A stretch of 63,058 nt of DNA, filler included. It is 20 parts of 20 records of this genome, joined end to end, with 100 filler letters (N's around TTAATTAATTAA, not from the genome) between each part and the next. Parts side by side here need not be neighbours in the genome. Positions count along the whole stretch, not along the records: positions 59,945 to 63,058 come from SRR36015645_12816; 19 more parts are not named here. One strand, 5' to 3'. The notes under the pieces are model-generated. The model was not told where the DNA came from, ran no database searches, and was given only the letters and a program-made list of their open reading frames with translations. Shown one piece after another: positions 61,063 through 63,058 of the stretch. Made by a program: the position numbers and the translations under genes. Position 1 is the first letter of the stretch. The number at the start of each line of letters is the position of its first letter.

Positions 61063-63058
61063 AAGCCAAGGTCAAGAAAAGTAACACTGGTAAGAGTTGC
61101 AATGTTAGTTATGTTACACCAGATTCAAAAACTGATCCAATATCCAATATTAATATTATGTACACAAATGCAGATTCTTTCTTAAATAAGAGATCAGAGT
61201 TGCAAAATTTATTAAAATTGTCAGATAAAGATAGGCCTCATCTTATAGCAATCACTGAAGTAAAGCCTAAAAACTCTAGGTTTGAAATTCAATTGTGTGA
61301 ACTAGAATTACCCGGTTACATCTTATATTCAAAAAACCTTGAAAGTGATGTAGGCAGAGGGGTTATTATATATTGTGATGAACGGTTATGTTGTAATGAG
61401 CTAATTTTAGATAATAATGATGAATTTCAAGAATCACTATGGATAACAATTAAGCTCAGGGACAATGATAAAGCAGTTGTCGGCACAGTATATAGAAGTC
61501 CCAACAGTAGTGCTGAAAATAATGAGCTTCTCTCAAATTTGGTAAGAAGTATTGATTCTCAAAATTGTTTTACTCATAAACTGTGCATAGGGGATTTTAA
61601 CTATTCTAATATTAAGTGGGATGATTGGACAGTGATTGACAATAATAAGTGTGATAATAAATTCAAACTAGCAATTAGGGAAATATACTGGCACCAACAT
61701 GTAACTCAGCCAACTCGTGCTCGCGGAAGCAATAACCCATCTCTATTGGATCTTGTATTTTCTAATGAAGAGGGTATGGTAAACGATATTGAGTATCTCA
61801 GTCCTCTTGGTAAGAGTGACCACTGCATCATAAAATTTAAATTTCATTGTTATAGCAATATTCAGACGAACGTAGAATCTCGAAAACTTATGCATAAAGG
61901 GGACTTTGACAAATTTAGGGAGTTGATGAATATTGATTGGGAGCAAGCATTTGCCACATGTAAGGATGATGTAGAGGAGCAGTGGAAAATATTTGTCTCA
62001 CACCTTAAAGATGCAGAAAAGCAGTGCATTCCTACCTTGTTAGTGAAGCCAAACAATAATGGTAAAGTCTTTAAGTATGCCCTAGACCGTAAGTCCTTAG
62101 CATTAATCAGGAAAAAACACAGAGCCTGGACTCGTTTCATGGAGACCAAGGATGGAGAAAAGTATAAGGAATATACCAAGGTCCGAAACAAAGTGCGAAA
62201 CCTGACTAGGAATATTCAAAAGGGCATCGAGAAATCAGTTGTTAGTGATCTTAAGAAGAATCCAAAAAAATTTTGGAAGTATGTTAACTCGAAAACCAAA
62301 ACTAAGGACAGAGTGGCAGACCTGGAATATGTCGACGAAAATGGTAACAAGGTACTAACTAGCAATGACAAAGAGAAAGCAGATGTCCTGAATACCTATT
62401 ACTCGTCAGTTTTTACTAGTGAAAACTTGGATAATATTCCGATCTTAGATCCAATTCAAAATCTATGTGATTCACTTTCAAACATTGACATTACTGAGGA
62501 ATTAATTAAGGAAAAGATTAACTTACTTAGTGCTAGCAAATCTCCGGGTCCAGATGAAATTCACGCTTTGGAAGTAAAGGAACTTCGAGACGTTATCTTG
62601 TTTCCACTTAAAGTCATTTTTCAGACATCAATCAGGACTGGTAAAGTACCATCATCATGGAAAGATGCTCACATTTCTTCCATATACAAAAGGAAAGGGT
62701 TTAAAAAAGAACCAGGTAATTACAGGCCTGTGAGCCTGACAAGTATTATTTGTAAGCTACTTGAGTCCATAGTAAGAGATAGTATTATTTCATTTATGAA
62801 GAGAAACAAATTATTCAGCTCTAGTCAGTATGGGTTCATATTAGGACGATCAACTACTCTTCAACTTATTAGGTTAATGGATGAATGGACTAAGATTATC
62901 GATGAAGGTGGGTCACTTGACGTTATCTATATGGACTTTATGAAAGCCTTTGATACCGTACCTCACAAACGGCTGATTAGTAAATTAAAGTCATATAATA
63001 TCGTTGGAAATGTTAACAGCTGGATTGAAGATTTTCTTAAAGGAAGAAGACAGAGAGT
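60963..63058 (+). mobile_element. CR1 LINE ORF2 (APE endonuclease + RT N-part). Absent from the ORF track because it runs off the window; first ATG at 61158
   Basis: Manual translation: MYTNADS, IAITEVKPK, VYRSP, GDFN, LLDLVF, SDH, KSPGPDEIH, NYRPVSLTS, QYGF, DFMKAFDTVPH, RRQR. Confidence 0.92.

Overview
This is not a contiguous locus and not prokaryotic. It is 20 short contigs (2.3-5.3 kb) joined by 19 artificial 100-bp spacers (N44-TTAATTAATTAA-N44), so adjacency across spacers has no biological meaning. The content is metazoan, probably invertebrate, nuclear DNA dominated by transposable elements. Retroelements: two BEL/Pao, Gypsy gag-pro and pol fragments, one DIRS-order tyrosine-recombinase element (Ngaro-like), L1/Tx1 LINE fragments and three CR1/L2-group LINE fragments. 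DNA transposons: two ~1,460-aa Academ-type transposase-XPG fusions (one bounded by perfect 30-bp inverted repeats), two Sola-like DDD transposases (one disrupted), one hAT transposase and one Helitron RepHel. Host genes: an intron-free UBR1/UBR2 E3 ligase fragment, a PWWP2-like exon and a RING-H2 terminal exon. I saw no rRNA, tRNA or CRISPR array, and no wholly new system that I can support. The best leads are the apparently intact Academ elements, unusual expression signals in the retroelements (in-frame gag-pro TGA, a 2A-like leader, a recombinase ORF that seems to need splicing) and the intronless UBR segment. Family calls come from motif recognition, not database searches.
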